A stretch of DNA of 64,000 nt, taken from the NCBI GenBank assembly GCA_951406725.2, contig OX597832.1, positions 59,086,001-59,150,000 of the forward strand, read 5' to 3'. The first letter of the stretch is position 1; the number at the start of each line of letters is the position of its first letter. This document shows positions 59,212 to 64,000 of this stretch, piece by piece. The DNA comes from Octopus vulgaris. Taxonomy: Eukaryota. Both the position numbers and the translations under genes were made by a program. The notes beneath the pieces are model-generated. The model did no database searches. It was not told the origin of the DNA and saw nothing but the letters and a program-made list of their open reading frames with translations.

Positions 59212-59515
59212 TCTTTATATAAAAAAGTGAAGTTGTGTGAGTGTCTGTGTCCTACGATTTAGATTCCTAACTACTCCCACATTTTGCGGTGCAGTTTAAC
59301 CAAAACCGGGTATCTTATAGTCGTGATTCATATCGAGCCCTTCTGGGTATTAGCGCGCGTCTACGATGAGTCTACGATTTAAAAGAAAATTTACCATCAT
59401 TTTTTTGCCATTTTTAATGCATTTTTTTGCTATTATATAAGGGAAGTAACTCTCTAAAAATGCTTATATAGTTATTTCCCTTACAAACCCGAGCAACGCC
59501 GGGCGATACTGCTAG
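59212..59515 (+). mobile_element. Non-autonomous Helitron
   Basis: 5' end A|TC, 3' hairpin CCCGAGC-AAC-GCCGGG followed by CTAG|T. Inserted at an AT dinucleotide with no TSD. Confidence 0.88.
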
Positions 59516-61105
59516 TATTTGATACAATGCTTTCGGCTTTTGATTGCAGTCACGGAAGTGCATCCTTCTCTTATTTATTTCGCATTTAATTTTTTTTTCA
59601 GTAAGATTATATTCAATTGATCAGTTATATTAAATTGATCAAACATACTCCAGCAATACTTATGTTATTTAATAAAATTTATTAGAAATCGTAGAGTGAA
59701 CTTTCCTCCTGAAATTGAAAATCAACGTTTCGGAAAGAGTCCTTCAAAGTAAAGTTGACTTGGGAGAATATATGAGACATAGTAATGTTTTGCCTCCTCT
59801 CTAATACAAAATTCTTCGTCCTTATTTCTTCTTAGATCAATAAATATTGTATTTATTTCACCAAATAATTCACGAATAGATGTTATTTGGGTAAAACTTA
59901 AAAAAAAAGAAATCTATTTAGAAAAACGAAAGAAACACTCCAGAATATCTCTTCATATTAATAAGAATTCTTATGTCACATATAATTTGAAATCAGATAA
60001 CCAAGAAATTTGCCATGCAAATGAGAAATAATTGTAATTATAGAATTATGATAACAATATTTTTATATCATGTTATTAAATAATTCATTCCTAACATTTT
60101 TCAAATTAGGAAACGAAGATTTACGAAGTGGTATTTACACCTCTAAGAATCATCACACAATAAGCGCTTATATATCATCCAACCTTTACAACTGAGGTCA
60201 ACTTCACAACAAAGATATTGATTTTCCAAGATTGATATATATATATAGGAATATGTATATCTACTTTGAGATTTAATGTGTGAAATTTACATGATAAATG
60301 CAAATCTTATTTCAAGATTATACAAGGTTATATTAGAGGCACGAATTGTATTTTAATTAGGTAAGCAATATATCTCCAAAGATGTTATGAATCTTTTGAA
60401 TATCTCAATGCTAATAAACGGTTATTAAGCAGTTAAATGTGTGAAATTGAGTGGGGTTTGTCAATGAGACAATGAGGAGGCCGTTACTAACATATACGAA
60501 ACGTTCTGAGAATGTTGTGAATAGGTTAGAAAATGTAGAAACGCTATTTGTTTTAAGCACTGTGGAATTTTACAATAACGGCAAAAGAATACGTCTTTAA
60601 CGATGCTGGTTCTAAAGTAAATGCAATGAATTTACCCTCATATATGTGTGTGTGTGTCTGTGTGTGTGGAATTGGTATCAAGACAGTTTATAGTTCAAGT
60701 TTCTTAGTTGTTATGTAGAAACAATTTATGAAATTGTTCGTTGCAGATTTAGTGTAAAGGATTTCATCAGTATGTTATTAGGGAAAACGGAATATTCAGA
60801 GAGAGGATGAGAGGGGGAAGATGTGTAAAGAGACTAAGATGTGAAAAAAAAAGTCGATTAAGGTAGAGAGAGAGAGAGAGATGTAGAAGAGAGGGGGAGA
60901 GAAAAGGGAAGACAGACGGAAAGGCAGAGATGGGAGAGGGGAGGAAGAGAAAGCGAAAACGTGATAAAGAAAGGGAGAGGATAATTGACGAAGAGAGAGT
61001 CTTTATTGTTAGAAACATCCGAGAAACTGGGTGATGTAGAAGGAGAATATTAAACAGTTATACATATGGAGGAAATATCTCTTACCAATATAGTTACAAG
61101 GTCTA

Positions 61106-61881
61106 TGGCGGTGAGCTGGAAGAATCGTTAGTACGTCGAGCAAATCGCTTAGCGGCATTTCGTCCGTCTTTACGTTCTGAGTTCAAATTCCGATGAATCA
61201 GCTTTGCCTTTCATCCCTAGTGTTTAGCAATTGAGCACTAAGGTTGATGTAATCGACTTGTCCCTTCCTCGAAACTGATGGATTTGTGCCAAACTTTATA
61301 ACCAATATAAGTACAAGGTCTTAATTGTAAGCGGGGAGCAGGTTAATTGGTACCGTCGACTCCAGTATTTGACCGGTAATTTGTTTGATCGACCCCAAGG
61401 GCTGGGGTTAGATTGGGGGTAGTGGTGGTAAACAGAGTTGACTGCAGCCGAATTTGAACCTAAAAATATCAAGAGCCACAAGTACATGTTTTATTTTACC
61501 AAAGGTATCAAACATACCTTTATATTTCCATCGCTTAATAATGCTTGATTTCGCTACTAAATCAATGAAACCTGCCAGTGGTACATTTACAAAAAATGCC
61601 TAAGAGACACGAAATTATTTCCATCTCTCACAATAACTTCCCGGAGAAATATTTTAAAGGTTTCCATTTTGATATCTTCGAAACAGAAATTGGTAAACGA
61701 ATTTAAGAGCACACAAATTGGTAAACGAATTTAAGAGCACACAAACTGGTACTTAATTTATCGACCCCGAAAGGATTAAAGGCAAAGTCGACCTCGGCAG
61801 AATTTGAACTCAGAACGTAACGGCAGACGAAATACCGCTAAGCATTTCGCCTGGCGTACTAACGTTTCTGCCAGTTCGCCA
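61106..61881. mobile_element. SINE family B copies: (+) 61106-61295, (-) 61305-61470, (-) 61745-61881
   Basis: Homology to other family B copies in the window. Confidence 0.75.
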
Positions 61882-62051
61882 ACTTGAAGGTCTGGTTTCT
61901 TATTCTATCCTTAAGGTTTTGTTTCTTATTCTATTCGTCTCTTATGCCGAGTTATCACGTGACGATTACATAGATGAAGCAACAGCAGTCATTATGCATT
62001 GGTGGGGACAACACGTACACACACGCTGTCTCTCTCTATATCTCTCTCTCT

Positions 62052-62090
<39 letters not shown>

Positions 62091-62857
62091 CGGTCTTCTT
62101 TCCCTTTACCTCTACGAAATCCACTCAATTGATTCAGTCAAATCGAAGCTACAGTAGAAAACGCTTACCCAAGGCTCCGCGGAGTAGGATTGAACCTAGA
62201 ACCATGTAGACGAGAAGCAAGCTTCTTACCACACAGTCACGCCTGGAAATGATTTTTTTAATAGGCGTCAGCCATCGCATCTTTATTGTCTGTAATAACA
62301 ACAATTATTTATTCTGACTACTTCACGAAAATAAAATACATAAGCCATATGAGGATCATTTTATTTTTCCTTCTAATATATTATCGGATGATTAACAATT
62401 AGTTTTAGTTAAGCTAAAATTCAGAAATTTAAGACAAGTTTTATTTAATATATTGACTCAATTTTGCCCATAATAAAAATGCAAGAAGACAAAAAAAGAA
62501 AAAGAAAAAAACACTCTATGGAACAATTTCAATCATTAAGCTCTATTAAATGGAAGAAATTATGTCCAAAAGTAATCGCACTAATATTCATTTCTAAAAT
62601 TAAATATAATTAGTTTTTATTTACGAATTGAGACGGCTATAAGACTTGTATTAAATTTATTGAACTAAGTGAGTTGGGAAGAGATATGAGCAACAATATA
62701 TTTTCGAAATATCACGTGTTTCTTAATCTGAAACTATTTTTGTTGGGAAAAATAAAAAAGGAAAAAAAGAAAAAGACGCGGATACATTACATCGGCATAT
62801 TTACATATTTGCAATTAAGCTTCTGACATTTTAAAGAGATATACACTTATACACGCA

Positions 62858-62945
<88 letters not shown>

Positions 62946-62955
62946 TGTATGTATG

Positions 62956-63008
<53 letters not shown>

Positions 63009-63107
63009 GTATATATATATATAAATATATATATATATGTATATATATATATATGTATGTATGTATATATATAAATATGTATGTATTTATACATATATAC
63101 ATATATT

Positions 63108-63169
<62 letters not shown>

Positions 63170-63171
<2 letters not shown>

Positions 63172-63678
63172 ATCCGGATATCAAGTAGTAACGCAGTGCG
63201 ACCGTTTCAAGCGGTTCCACTTAATTGAATAATGCAATCATTACATCAATTTAAATGCAGTGCTATCTTCAGATGCACAAAATGTGGAATTTTTAAACAA
63301 GTAAGACACATTAATATAATTTCTCTTAAATATCTTAACAGAGTAAGAGGATGGAAGAAATTCATGTTGTTGCTATTGTAGCGATAACATATGTGACTAT
63401 GAATAGACTACCGTTTCTTAGAATCGCCTGGAGCATAGTGGGGTCGTAGGGTTCTAAGGGTTGAAATTCATTTCTAATTTATTTACCTCTTTATCATCTA
63501 TTAAATCTGAGACATTGTTCAATTAAATGGAGCCACTTGAAACGGTAGTACTGTATTACTACTTGATATCCTACTGATTATTTTGATTTTATTCATTTTA
63601 CTTCGAGCAGTGTGGATAATACCATACTGACTTGATGCTTCAACTTAAGTACCTAATTCAACTAAATCTCAATTATTA

Positions 63679-63681
<3 letters not shown>
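63170..63681. repeat. Fold-back element, ~59-bp diverged inverted arms, in (TA)n
   Basis: 63176-63234 (GGATATCAAGTAGTAACGCAGTGCGACCGTTTCAAGCGG..) is inverted at 63513-63571, with a ~280-bp spacer. Confidence 0.75.
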
Positions 63682-63725
<44 letters not shown>

Positions 63726-63959
63726 ATTCTGAATCTCCTCAGTTCATCTATTTTCCCACAGATCTTCTATTCATCAAGCATGGCGGACAGAATTTAGCTG
63801 TTTCGCCACGTCGCGTGTTTGGTCAGCGATGATGAGACCATGGGACAAGTTCTATGGGGTTTCATAGCAATGCACAAAAACTAATAATATATGTCTTTAT
63901 GTATGTAAATATGCATAAATATACATACACACACACGCACACACACAAACACACACAAA

Positions 63960-64000
<41 letters not shown>

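Overview
This is AT-rich, repeat-saturated eukaryotic intronic/intergenic DNA. The SINE families and microsatellite load point to an octopod cephalopod (inference). I see no confident host gene, true tRNA, rRNA or CRISPR array, and nearly all ORFs in the track are translated microsatellites or repeat remnants. Recognisable content: three tRNA-derived SINE families in dozens of copies, three CR1-group LINE relics, one Tc1 and three mariner relics plus MITEs, one clean non-autonomous Helitron and very large di-, tri- and tetranucleotide arrays. The most notable signal is a set of Penelope-like retroelement parts. It comprises two GIY-YIG endonuclease relics, about a dozen minimal hammerhead-ribozyme-like motifs with palindromic helix III, four fold-back elements embedded in (TA)n, and two copies of a tRNA-headed (Pol III-type) short element carrying a hammerhead, i.e. 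a SINE/retrozyme chimera. All calls were made by eye, and repeat boundaries are approximate.
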